From NCBI RefSeq assembly GCF_018977255.1, contig NW_024704760.1, forward strand, positions 992,001-1,056,000: a stretch of 64,000 nucleotides of DNA, read 5' to 3'. This document shows, piece after piece, positions 39,831 to 51,600 of the stretch; within the stretch, counting starts at the first letter, position 1, and the number at the start of each line of letters is the position of its first letter. The position numbers were made by a program, and so were the translations under genes. Source of the DNA: Callorhinchus milii (lineage: Eukaryota). A model generated the notes under the pieces. The model did no database searches and was not told where the DNA came from. It was given only the letters and a program-made list of their open reading frames with translations.

Positions 39831-42261
39831 GGCAAAAAACAAAGTTTGGCTCAACAATAATAATAATCCTTGCATTTGATATAGCGCTTTTCAAACAGGA
39901 AGTCAACAGAACCAATATGTTTATTCCATTATTCAATCAACAACTCAGTCTAAACAAAAACCTGTATTGTACAAAAAAGGGAATCACAAAGACTGACTCT
40001 GAGATGTGGTGGTGGATTGACTGCATTATGTACACTTGGCATTTAGAAAAAAAACTAAGCAAATTCTAGTATCTGAAGAATATGTTATCCTTGAATCATC
40101 ATTTATTTGATGGGGAAGCGAATCCATCCCCTTATAAAGGCCCTTTTCAGCCCATTGTGTTAATGATGTTCCTGAAAATGATCTTTCTTTTTTACATCCT
40201 AAACTGCTATGGATTTCAATGTTTCTTAGCAACAGTTTCTATTTATTTCATATGCTGATTCAGATAATAATAATACAGACATAACTGAACAGGACGGAAC
40301 CACTTCAAATCATGAAATGTAAATTCTTTCTTCCTTCCTCCGCCCCTCCCCCCACCCGCATCGTAATGTGATTATTCCAACTAAATAGCCAGACAGCCAT
40401 ACACTATGCCAGAAAAGTTAATTCGAACAGAAACGAGAAGTACATCTTAGATAGTTGCAACTGAGCCAGCTGCATTATCGCATTGACTTTTCACAAACCA
40501 TTAGATTGAAAATGTCTAATTGGATAGCAGGGGAATTCAATGTATTCTTTGTTTTTGGAATGCATTAAATCCGAGTGCTTGGCGTAGCAGCAGCACATTG
40601 AGGTAGTTGAAATGTCAATAAGAAACTGCAGTAATTATCTCAATCCCTCTCCTATTGCGTGACTAGGTGTAATATGGTTTACCGGGATGTTACAGTGGGC
40701 AGTGACATTGGCACCTGCTTGTGAACCTGATGATCAGACCAGAAGTAATATTGGGGAGTATTTCACTAGTTATCCAAAGCAAAAGCCTACTTTCCAAATC
40801 TTTGGATTTGCTTTTGCTTTTCTTAGAAACACTGACAGGAAGTAGTTCATTTTGCAGTAAGAGAGCTGCAAACTCCCCTCGGTGCGGATGTACACACCAG
40901 AGGCATTGAAGTATTTTATAGTTGACCGTTGTGATCGTAATCCACGGCTTTAGTCCCCAGTGGAATCTACTCTGGGTGCCTGTGAGCCAACGTGAATGCC
41001 TTTATTTCCCCAGTTTAATAGCTGAGTTAAATGCATTCTGAAGTTTAAGTTCTGCCTCATTGGCTTTCTCTTCTAATTACCAGCCCAATGGAATTTATGG
41101 ACATTCCCTCTAGGGTGTTGCTGTGGTTTTGCCAATTTATTTTGGTTGTACGAATACATTTTAATTTTTTTAATAAACGAACCCGAGCCCTTGTAATATT
41201 TCGATCATAAATTCCATGTTTCCATTTTAATCACTTGATCTTCGGGAGAGTGGCTCCTAACTGTGTGCTTGTGCAGGCATAGGCATGCATGTCTGGGATG
41301 TCATGTGAATGATACCATAAAAATTTTAATGGAAATAATAATAATCCTTGCATTTGATATAGCGCCTTATCACGTCTTCGAGGCATCTCAAAGCGCTTCA
41401 CAGAATATGCTATGAAGTGAATTGACTATATATTTTGCGGGCAAAACGTTGCAGCCAATTGCGTGCAACAGTGTTCGACAAAAAGGAAAAGTTTGCCATT
41501 TGACTTTGACTGGTCCTTCCAGTTGTAGAGACCAGCTGTAGCTAAATCTGTGGAAAATCCTGTAATATCTCGAGTAGAATAACAGCCAGAATGCAATTGC
41601 TGTTGTGATTTGTGGTAATCTGGCTTGGCTCTCTGGAGGAGGTAAAGCTAGAATTTAATTGATTGGCGTGTTATTAGAGCACAGACATTTGAGATTTCTC
41701 AATTAGATATCATCTTCATTCAAATTTAATTCAACCTCAAAACCATTTCTTGTAGCTGAAGTTCCTTAAACTGAGATCAGGATTACTCATTGTAACTGTG
41801 GAGTGAGTTCCTGTTTATTCACCAGACGGAAAATTACTGAGTAACTGTACAGTTATTTATCCAACAGTGTTTCAGTTGCTGCGTAGCTGTGAGTTTTTAT
41901 ACCCCAGAGATTGGTTTTGTTTGCATACATGCAAATAGTGCTATATATATTTCCTTTTGTGAGCGATAGTTCAGTGATCTGTTGGGATTCTTGTATTGTT
42001 TATGGCCTTGATCTCTGGCAATGACGAATAATTGTTTTGATCTGCTTAGAGTTTTGAATCAGGTTCCTCTGAGCATCTCTTAAAACATGCGTCGCTTCCC
42101 TTTCCTTCTTGACTTTGGTTGAAGCCACATTTGGGTTTATGATTTATACTTTGGCTTCCTTGGTTTTGCAAACATTCTCAGAATGAGTCTTCTCCCCCAG
42201 AAAAGGAAACTGACTCACTCTTATGCGTTTAAAATGGAAGGGGCGTTCATAGTAATTATTG

Positions 42262-42630
42262 TGGAGTCCTGTAGCGTAGTGGTTAGAGCAATCGCCTCTG
42301 AAGCGAGAGGACCTGGGTTCGATTATTGAGCAAAACTTTGGGCAAGTTTCCTTTCACCACACGCCTCTGATTACCTATCAGTAAGTAGGAACCCGGTTGT
42401 CAGTTGATTGGCGGATTGGTTTTTTGGGGTTAATAAGCCCTTCAAAAAATGTTTCAATAATTTAGTCGCTCAGTCCATGACTGTTTGTGGGACACTGCTG
42501 GCTGCAGTTAGCTGTTGCGTTTCGCTAACAAAATACTCGGTCACTTCACTTTACAGTATATTCTGTGAAGTGCTTTGAGACGTCTCAAAGACGTGATAAG
42601 GAGCTATATCTAATGCAAGGATTATTTATT
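42262..42630 (+). mobile_element. tRNA-derived SINE, full length (intronic)
   Basis: GGAGTCCTGTAGC head through to the ATGCAAGGATTATT tail. Confidence 0.9.
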
Positions 42631-43626
42631 TTTATTGTATTTACAGTATCTGGCCTCCTTAGTATTGAAGAAGTCTATATGTCTATATAATAATTGGAAT
42701 TGAATTTGCTGACGATTATTCTACCAAAAGAGATACTAATATCTCAGACTAGTGATCTCAGACTCGTGAAACCAAAAGCAAAATGCTGGAAGTTCATAGA
42801 ATGGCAATAATAAACAATAATCATTCTATTTGATAGCAGTTAACAAGTGTCTCAAAGTTGTTGAAAGGTAACTGCTGTAAGTGTAGTAGGAAAATACAGC
42901 AGCCATTTCGCCCACAACAGGTTCCATAGAAAAACAAGCCATAGAAATTTTGAAGCCATGAAGTGAATGACTAATTTACCTGGATTGTTAGTCGCGGCCA
43001 GCAGAAATTCTGTTCTGTCTTGAAATAGTGTCGTGGGTTGTGGAAAACATTACAGTAAATTGGGTTTGTCCTAGCTTCAGCATCAAAATAGTTCCATCTC
43101 CCAGTCATTACTGTACAAAAGCCTTGCTTTAGTACGCAGCCAACTGTGCACATGTTGTTTTCTGTACTGCACAGATAAAAATGAGGTTATCTAACAAAAA
43201 TAAAAGCAATGTTGTTTAAATTTCCTAGAAACAATTTCTTGTGTTCTTTTATCCACTCAACATAGTTTTGTTTAATGTTTCTCTTGGTAAAATAACTAGC
43301 CACGATAAAAATAATAATAATAGTCCTCGCATTTGATATTGCGTCTTATACGTCTTCAAAACGTCTCAAAGCACTTCACAGAATATTTGCTGTAAAGTGA
43401 ATTGACTATATTTTGTGGGCGAAACGCGGCCGCCAATTACGCACAACAGAGTTGTGGATTGAGTGACCACGTTTTTTTTTACATGATGATTGATATAAGT
43501 GGACCTTAAGCATTTATCAAGTTGTTGTATATTAATTATTGTATATTCTATTACATGATTTACTTGAAATGCCACTGCAGTAGAAGTACATAGAAATATT
43601 TCAGTGTTTTCTGCGTGTGATTTCAG

Positions 43627-43857
43627 GCACAGCACAGAGACCATTTCATTCAAGAACGCTATGGAAAATATGACATCAGTGACCCATTCCTGGCTCTGCA
43701 GAGGGACTGTGAGACGATCCGGGAGGCGTATCGTGGTGAGAAACAGCCGGTGTGCACCAACCCACTGTCTGTACTCAAAGTGGTGATGACCCAGTGCAAG
43801 AAGATGCAGGAGCGGATGGTATCCCAGCTATCTGCTGCAGAGAGTAGACACAGAAAG
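43627..43857 (+). CDS. CTTNBP2NL: CTTNBP2NL coding exon 2 ([27 protein letters not shown]...[18 protein letters not shown]), CortBP2 coiled-coil domain
   Basis: tttcag acceptor at 43621-43626, 231 nt, phase 0-0, donor GT at 43858. Translated by hand; this frame is absent from the ORF track. Confidence 0.96.
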
Positions 43858-45017
43858 GTATCGTAAATTGGTATATGCTAAATGGATTTTATACGTGCCT
43901 TCTTCGCAATTATTTTTCAGTTTGATATTTATCCTCAGTTGGAGGGGGAACAACAATCATCGTTTCAATATTAATACTGAGATTTATATGACTGATATCC
44001 ACCAGATGTTGGCTTACATTTGACACAAGTACTGTAAATAGTTTTAACTAATTTAGTTGCACAATTCACCACTAAATGCTGGAACATGGATAAATCCCAA
44101 AGGTCCTGACGAAATAAATGCTTGTACATACGTAATCATGGTGTTTTGTTATCCAAGGATCAAGGTATTCTGAGTGCTAATGAGGTGGAATGTATTTCTG
44201 CATAGACTATACTCACACTCTTTAGTATGGTTAGAGATAATGTAGAATTTAATCAGGAAGGACAGAATGATCCAAACGCATCTGTTTTAAAAAAAAAACT
44301 GCTTTAAATATTTATGTTCATTTGTAGGCTAAAGCCAGAGCTACCAAAACTTCTCCTGGGCCTTAGGCAAGAGCAATTATGTGCTTCCCAATCCTACCTA
44401 ACATCCTTGGGACGTCCTCCCGACGTGAAAGGCGCTATACAAATGTAATTTTGTCATTGTTTCCAAAAATGAGGAATGCTTAAAGTTTGAATTGTAATTT
44501 ATTTGCTTCAGAGCACCTCTATGCCAACTCTATACATGAAAACAGCGATGAAACTACTGTCTGTCATTGTCTCATGGGTAAAAGAAACAGACACAGCAAG
44601 TGTGCAGGAATGCACAGCTGCTGTCTGTCTCCTCAGCCATGCCAATATTAGAAAGCGTAAGCTCTGTTAGGGTAGCAAACCAGACCATTCATTGTACAGG
44701 ACGGAGATTGTACAGGTGGTTTCTCAGGTTGATATAAATATCATGGATTAAAAGCAAAGTTCAGCTTTTAAATGCATGATATCTTAATGTTTCCCCATAA
44801 AACTCGCTCTAAATCCTGTGAAGTGCTTCGAGACATCGTCGTACAGGAAAGGCACTATATCAAATGTAAGGATTATTATTGCATTCACACATTTTAGATT
44901 AAATTCTGCATTTCAAGAATTTGAATCCATGCCTTGCATTCCTGTAACACAACCCTTCGCACTGTTCCCTCAGACTGGCACTGCAGCCCAAGCCAGCAGT
45001 CTGGAGAAGTGTAGTGT

Positions 45018-45316
45018 TCTTTCGGATGAGATGTTAACCCGAGGTCCCATCTACCTGATTAGGTGTGCGTTAAAGATCCCTGGCACTATTCGAAAAGAGA
45101 AGGGAGTTTCTCCCAGTGCCTAACCAACAATCTCCCAGAAATAAAATTGGGCACTCGCTCCATGGCTGTTTGTGGGACACAGCTGTGCGCAACTGGCTGC
45201 CTCATCTCGCTCACAAAATATAGTCAGTCCATTTTGCAGTATATCCTGTGAAGCGCCTTGGACGTCTCACCGATGTGATAAGGAGCTGCACGAAATGCAA
45301 AGATTATTATATTATT
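45018..45316 (+). mobile_element. Deu-domain SINE 3' part with L2-type tail
   Basis: CTTTCGGATGAGATGTTAACCCGAGGTCCC...AAAGATCCCTGGCACTATTCGAA...GGGAGTTTCTCCCAGTG, then GCTGTTTGTGGG...AAATGCAAAGATTATT. Confidence 0.8.
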
Positions 45317-45689
45317 ACTGCAGGCGATGGAACTGATGGTAAAATACAATATATGTAAGCGCGGGAGTGCCCTCTAATGGAGAACCTCAGTACTGCAGCA
45401 ACCCATTTTTATAATCTTGGAAGTCGGTACATCTTTTTTTCTGTTGATGTCTACATTCATTAGAAGATAAGGAATACCGGAATGCCATTCAGCCCACCCA
45501 TTCATTCCTTCAACTGACTTGACAATTATCTGACCCTAAAGAAGGTGAATAACCATAGGGTATTGGAATGTTGTCAATCCTTTGGATACTGGAGTTTCCG
45601 GGAGGGGTTTGAAGTACACAGAGCTAGAGTAAAATTGAGGAGGTTTTGCGAACTGTTTCCCCGTGGCTGAGTTTTGTGCATTTTTGCAG

Positions 45690-45797
45690 GTTATCCTGGA
45701 CCTGGAAGAGGAAAGGCGACGACATGCCCAGGACACGGCAGAGGGAGATGATGTGACTTACATGTTGGAGAAGGAACGGGAGCGGCTCACACAACAG
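45690..45797 (+). CDS. CTTNBP2NL: CTTNBP2NL coding exon 3 (VILDLEEERRRHAQDTAEGDDVTYMLEKERERLTQQ)
   Basis: tttttgcag acceptor, 108 nt, phase 0-0, donor GT at 45798; near-identical to the recalled vertebrate exon. Confidence 0.97.
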
Positions 45798-46949
45798 GTA
45801 CCAAAGCAGGATCCGAGCCTTCATCTCAGTTTTGTCTTGATAGTATTCAAATCTTAGTCCAGTGTCTTATCTGAAAGGCAGTCGGTCATATGTTTATTTT
45901 TCAGATGCATCTGCAAATAATCTCTTTCTCTATTACAATTGATCCTGTGGTTGGAAAGCGGAGCAACTTAACTTTTATTTGGTGGCCTTTCAGAATATTG
46001 CACGGTGGCCGTAGTAATAATAATGATGATGATCCTTGCATTTGATATAGCACCTTATCATGTTGTTGAGGCGACTCAAAGGGTATATTGTAAAGTGGCT
46101 TGACTGTGTATTTACAGGATATAGGAAAGAGAACAGTGACCCTATATTGTGAAAGAATTGAAAAGGAACTGTACTGAGAGTATTGTATTTGTGCTTCCAG
46201 ACTTCCAATCCAGCTGTTCCTGCTTCTTACCAGCTCAGCTTGTTGCATCTGCCGCTGTTCTATAGGCTGTCTGCACAATGTGGTCAGCTGCAGGTGGGCC
46301 AGCAGTTGCAGCTGTTGGCTGCTTTAGCCCACCCATGCTTTAAACAGCAGCTCTGTGAGCAGCAGCAGAAACACTGCTCTGACACAAATGCATTTGTGGT
46401 GGTGAAATGAGTTTCTGTGAACAGTCAGTAACTGGAGGGCCTCAATTTAACATCAATACCAAAATGGAGCAGTTGGGAGAAACTGTTTTACACAGGATTG
46501 TTAGCACATAGAATACATAGGAACAGGAGTAGGTCATTCAGACCCTCGAGCCTATTCTGCCATTCTGAAAGATCATGGCTGATCTGTACCTCAACTCCAA
46601 CTACCCACCTTTGCCCCGTGTCCCTTGATACCCGACCAAAACTGCGGTGGGCGAGAAGTATGCAATAGTCTTAAGTGATTTGGACAAATATTTGAGAATA
46701 AATTGTTTAAAATGAGAGTGGGGGCAGGCATGGAAGAGGGATTGAATGGAAGCCTATTTGAGAGCCAGCAACAGTATAAGGGACCAAATGGCCTTCTTTG
46801 TTGTAAAATTCTACATCATATGCTAGGTTTGTGGGGAGGGACAGATTATTTTAAAACCCATTTCAATCTTGCTCCTTAAATAAGTACCAGAATGAGTTTA
46901 AGGATACTGCAGTTTTGACTCCAGTTTGTTTTCTGATTGTTCCTTTCAG

Positions 46950-48692
46950 CTGGAGTTTGAGAAATCGCAGGTGAAGAAGGTAGAAAAGGAACAGAAGAAG
47001 GTCTCCTCGCAGCTGGAGGAGGAACGATCACGGCACAAACAGGTTACCGCGGTGCTGATGAAAGAGTGCAAGAAAGCAACCAATAAGGCAGCAGAAGAGG
47101 GGCAAAGAGCAGCCGAGATGAGCGCAAAGCTGGAGAAGGAGAAAAGCAAGAGCACTCGGCTGGAAGAGGAACTGGCGGCTGAGATCCGGAGAGGCTCGGG
47201 GAGGGAAGCCCAGATGGAAAAGCAGCTCTCGGAATTTGACACTGAAAAAGAGCAGCTCCGAGCAAAGCTGAACCGGGAAGAAAACCGAACACAAGCCCTG
47301 AAAGAAGAGGTTGAAAACTTGAAGAAACTTATTGAAGACATGAAGAACGGAAAGCTGTTTCCGAATGAGCCGGAACAGGACGAAGCAAGTGAGGTAACTA
47401 GTCTGCCGCAACACTTAGGGTCTGATAAATGTCCATTGGTTTCCTCGTTGTGTCAAACCGAGAGCACTTGTGCTGAACGGTCGAACGAAAGTGACGAGAG
47501 CAAGGCTGTGTCGTCAAACCCAACTGCAGTTTTTCCACGGCACGCCAAGACCAACGGGCATTGCAGTACAGCCCTGGTTAAAAACGGTGCGGATGAATCT
47601 TCTGACGGTTGTGAAATGGATAGTCTTCTCTCAACTGAAGATAAGGCAGGTTTTCCTTCTGATCAGGGGAGCATTGTCGAGAATGGAGGTTATGCCAACA
47701 ACAGTGCGACCGCACATTCTAGTGCATCTCCCAGTGGAATGCCCCTTTCTCCAAACGCCGCAATCAACTCCCCTTCCGCCACATCCTCAGGTTCCGGGTC
47801 GCCGTGCTCTTCACCGGTGTTAACGAAGCGCGTGGCCAGCCCGGGAACGTCCGGCTCGGCTTTCCACTCCTCCTACCAAGCAGGGTTGAACCAGAGATTT
47901 CACGCTGCTCGCTTCAAGTTCCAAGCCCAGGCCGAGCATGATCAGCAGATGGGGGGCTTACAGAGCCCTCCGGCAAGGGATCTGTCGCCCACTACAGTCG
48001 ACGGTTCTACTGCCAAGCAGTTGGCCCGTAATACTGTCACCCAAGTCCTCTCTAGGTTCACGAGTCAACCGGGTGCTCTTAAAACTGCAAACAACTCCCC
48101 CTTTGGTACTGATTATCGACAGTTGGGCACTTCCCCTAAAACACCGACTGGGGATCACAGTCATTCTCCAACCTCCAGCAAAGGTTCCAGTCCACAAAGT
48201 CCATTGACACCCGGGATCAAATCACCAACGATCTCGAGAGCAGAGAGAGGAACTCCTCCACCAATCCCGCCAAAAAAGCCGGGGCTTGCCCAATCACCGG
48301 CATCGCCACACCCACTGGGAAGGCCAACCACCGATGGAGGACATTCCCAAGTTGGGCAGATACCCAAGAGTGAGTCGAGTGCTTCTATTCAGTCTCAGCG
48401 TTCACTCTTCAACTCGCGCGAAACAGGGGTTCAAGAGGAACTTCCATCCAAGCCCTGCCTGGACCACAATGTAGGGAGAGGCTCCGGGGAAGGGGACGGA
48501 GGCCCAAATCGTGTAGTTCTAGTTGGGACCCCATCCAACGAAACCAATCCCACAAGCTGCATGAAGCTTTCATCAGTTTCCAAGGATGTGTGTAACGCCA
48601 CACTGGACCTCTCAACCCCCTGTGGCATGAATAGTGCTCTGATCACACCATCTGCTAAAGAGATTGATATACTACTACCAACCAGTAGTTAA
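46950..48692 (+). CDS. CTTNBP2NL: CTTNBP2NL terminal coding exon (LEFEKSQVKK...NQRFHAARFKFQ...ARNTVTQVLSRF...PPPIPPKKPG...LLPTSS*); spliced protein 726 aa
   Basis: Acceptor tcctttcag ends 46949, in frame with ORF 46926..48692. Contains the diagnostic CTTNBP2NL motifs and LLPTSS C-terminus, with no ankyrin repeats (so not full-length CTTNBP2). Confidence 0.97.
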   Translation: MEFEKSQVKKVEKEQKKVSSQLEEERSRHKQVTAVLMKECKKATNKAAEEGQRAAEMSAKLEKEKSKSTRLEEELAAEIRRGSGREAQMEKQLSEFDTEKEQLRAKLNREENRTQALKEEVENLKKLIEDMKNGKLFPNEPEQDEASEVTSLPQHLGSDKCPLVSSLCQTESTCAERSNESDESKAVSSNPTAVFPRHAKTNGHCSTALVKNGADESSDGCEMDSLLSTEDKAGFPSDQGSIVENGGYANNSATAHSSASPSGMPLSPNAAINSPSATSSGSGSPCSSPVLTKRVASPGTSGSAFHSSYQAGLNQRFHAARFKFQAQAEHDQQMGGLQSPPARDLSPTTVDGSTAKQLARNTVTQVLSRFTSQPGALKTANNSPFGTDYRQLGTSPKTPTGDHSHSPTSSKGSSPQSPLTPGIKSPTISRAERGTPPPIPPKKPGLAQSPASPHPLGRPTTDGGHSQVGQIPKSESSASIQSQRSLFNSRETGVQEELPSKPCLDHNVGRGSGEGDGGPNRVVLVGTPSNETNPTSCMKLSSVSKDVCNATLDLSTPCGMNSALITPSAKEIDILLPTSS

Positions 48693-51600
48693 TCCACATA
48701 GAAATCAAATGTGAGTTTTTTTTTTTCCTTTTGATTTTTTAGATTCGAGACACATGAAGCATTTTTGAACCGATCGGATCAAAGATAGTTATTTATTATG
48801 TAGCTTTATATTGCATTTTGTACTTGTACAATATTCACTTTAGTGAACTGTATATCCTCGACTTGTTAATCTGTTTTAGGTTCCTAGATGTTTCTGTTGA
48901 AGCCAACTCTACTACATTTGATGCTTAATACTATTTTGTTGTGATTAACCCATAACTTGTGGCGTAACCACTTTGTAAGACTGATGGGTCGTGCATGGAG
49001 TTAGTTGATGATGAAAAGTTGCTGCAGGTTTTGTGAGCGTTTGTGACTTATTTTCTGGGCCCCACATCTCACAACCGGTTCTGTGGAGTGGAGTGTTCCT
49101 GTACTGTGAAATCCGCATCTGACAATCGCGGGCTTGAGCCTCACCAGATGGATAGTAGGTACAAGAAACTCACTGCGAGCTTCCCGCTGGGCAAAGTACT
49201 TCACAGCTGGAATTCACCATCATCTACAGCGACGATGTTCTGAAGACAACCGTGTTTTTTGTAAGCGTATAAGTCCCGGCCGTAGAATAGAACAACTGAA
49301 GTATCAAAAAGACCCGAGTAATATTCTCTCTTGATATGATTGATGGTTCATAAGCATCAGTGGTCAGCACAATATCCTTGTTATCAAGTAAATGTAATGT
49401 TCATGGTGGTAGGACCATTCTCCATAGCTTGGCTTGTGTTCAGTTGCAGGCATTAGTATGCGGAGCGGAAAAAGCAAGGCGTAGAAGAGCCGGCATTATT
49501 TATGTATAAAGCTATAGGACCCCGGGGAGAGTTTGTAAAAAATTATGCTGCCTGTGTCAATGGCAAAGTGTTTATTATACAGCTGGGAGCCAGGCTATTG
49601 AAGCAACTTGTGCCCTGCAGTTTATGGCTTCTCATATTCCTTCGATTTGTTTCTCAGCTGCTAAAGTTGTACGTTGAGACATAAGAAGGTTCTATTTTGA
49701 TATTGCCGGGAGGGCAGAAACTCCAAATGCTATTTTGCTGGTAGTCTTGTCCTGCGATTTATCCAACCTAATGATCGACGCGATGTTCTATCCCATTCGA
49801 TTTCAGCTCGAATTCAATTCGAAGTGTAGGCTATTTCAGTTTAGTGCTTTGTGCCTGTGTCTCATGGGTTTCCATGCAGGGTGCAAGCTTGCTCAAGGCA
49901 GTGACTAAAAACCTGTTGAAAAAATCCCCAACTAAAGATGTATAAAGCTGTGACAGCTTGTCTGTACATCAGCTATTTTATAACTAATCTGCCACTTTAT
50001 TCTGAACTGTTACTTAGCAATAATGCATGCGCAATTCAGTGGCAATTCAATTATTCCACACAAGTGAGTACCTCAAAAATAAAACCTAACCAGCCAGTGG
50101 ATAGAAATTAACGGAAATAATAATAATAATCCTTGCATTTGATATGGCCACTTATCATGTTTTCGAGACGTCTTCCGCTTCACGGAATATACTGTAAAGT
50201 GTGGTTACTGTATTTTGTGGGTGAAACAGCCAAAAGATTGCTTTCTTTTAAAAAAAAATACAGTGAAAGGTTTTAGAAATAATAGCTTTGTGTGGTTGAG
50301 GGATGGCATTGGCAAGAAAGCTTTACATTTCTATTAATTTCACCACTGGCTGCCTGACATGAAGCTGTTACTGGTTCCATTGTTCAAATAACAAATTCTG
50401 AAATATTCTTTGAAAGCATTGACGCTCGTACAATATAAATCGTGTCTGCCTCAAAATCAATCAATCAATTCTTAGCCTCGCTGCTTGCTGGCTCCTGGAA
50501 CTTTGAGTAGTGCGTGAATACAAGGAGCCTTTTTCTTAAGGATTTGATGACTTGATTTGCCAGTTCTTGGCAACCTAGTATTTAAAGCCTCCTGTGGCAT
50601 TGCATTTTAATATCCAGTGAGCTGCTCATTAGAGCAAAACTAGTCGACAGCAGATTTGTGGCTTTTCAGTGACTTTCAGGCACCGTGATCCGTGCATTCC
50701 ACGATATGGATTTATGACTCTGAGGTAGCATTGAAAAAACCCATCACAGCAAGTGACTGAAACATTGTATAAGTGATAAATTAGATTAAAATGCCGTGTG
50801 TATGTTACTGTTCACATCATGCATGTTCTATATAAGTATTTGGTGACTTTTTTAAACCAAAAAAGACTTTATTGTGGTGGTACTTATTTCCTCCAAGCCA
50901 AAGCAATACCTGATACTAGTAGGTAATAGGGGTGACATTTTAGTGCTGTATTGTTGGGATCCTAAATAGCCCAGGATGGTACCTATGTTCAGTAATTCCC
51001 AGGACCACTCTCTTGGAGTAATTAGAATAATGGTGTGACTGCAGTGCTGTGACATTGATGTGTAATGACATCTACAATGAAAGATTGACTATTGTGATAT
51101 GATAATGGCTGAAGGTTTACGGACTGTTAATGACTGAGAATGAATGTATGTGTGGAATATAAGGCAGTAATTCATTATTCTGATGCCAATTTGTAAGGTG
51201 TACAGTTGAGTAGCGTTGGGGTGAGAATAATTTCATTTCTGCTTTAAATTGACTGCCAGTTTTTTTTATACATCATGTTGGTTATTTAATATTTTTTTAA
51301 AAAAAACTTTGTTTGGGGTTACCTTAGTGCGGGGCTGTGCAGTTCAGATGGATTTGTGCAGGTGAAAGGGTGATGATGAAAGTAGCGGAGTTGTGAAACA
51401 ACAATGAGTGGCACAGTATATAAAATATTGGGAATTCCTGGTTTGCGTTGGGTTACCAAGCCTACGATCTATTTTCTTTTGCAACACTAGGTAAATGGGC
51501 TATTTTATAATCAATTAAAGGATCCAAAATATCAGTTTTTCAGTGCACACGATCAAATGTACACGTGTAGCTCTGGTTTCTTATAAACGGTTTTATTATC

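Noticed and set aside
46926-46949. ORF start MFSDCSFQ, implying a single-exon 588-aa gene
   Set aside because: This is the polypyrimidine tract and acceptor. The gene is spliced from three upstream exons.
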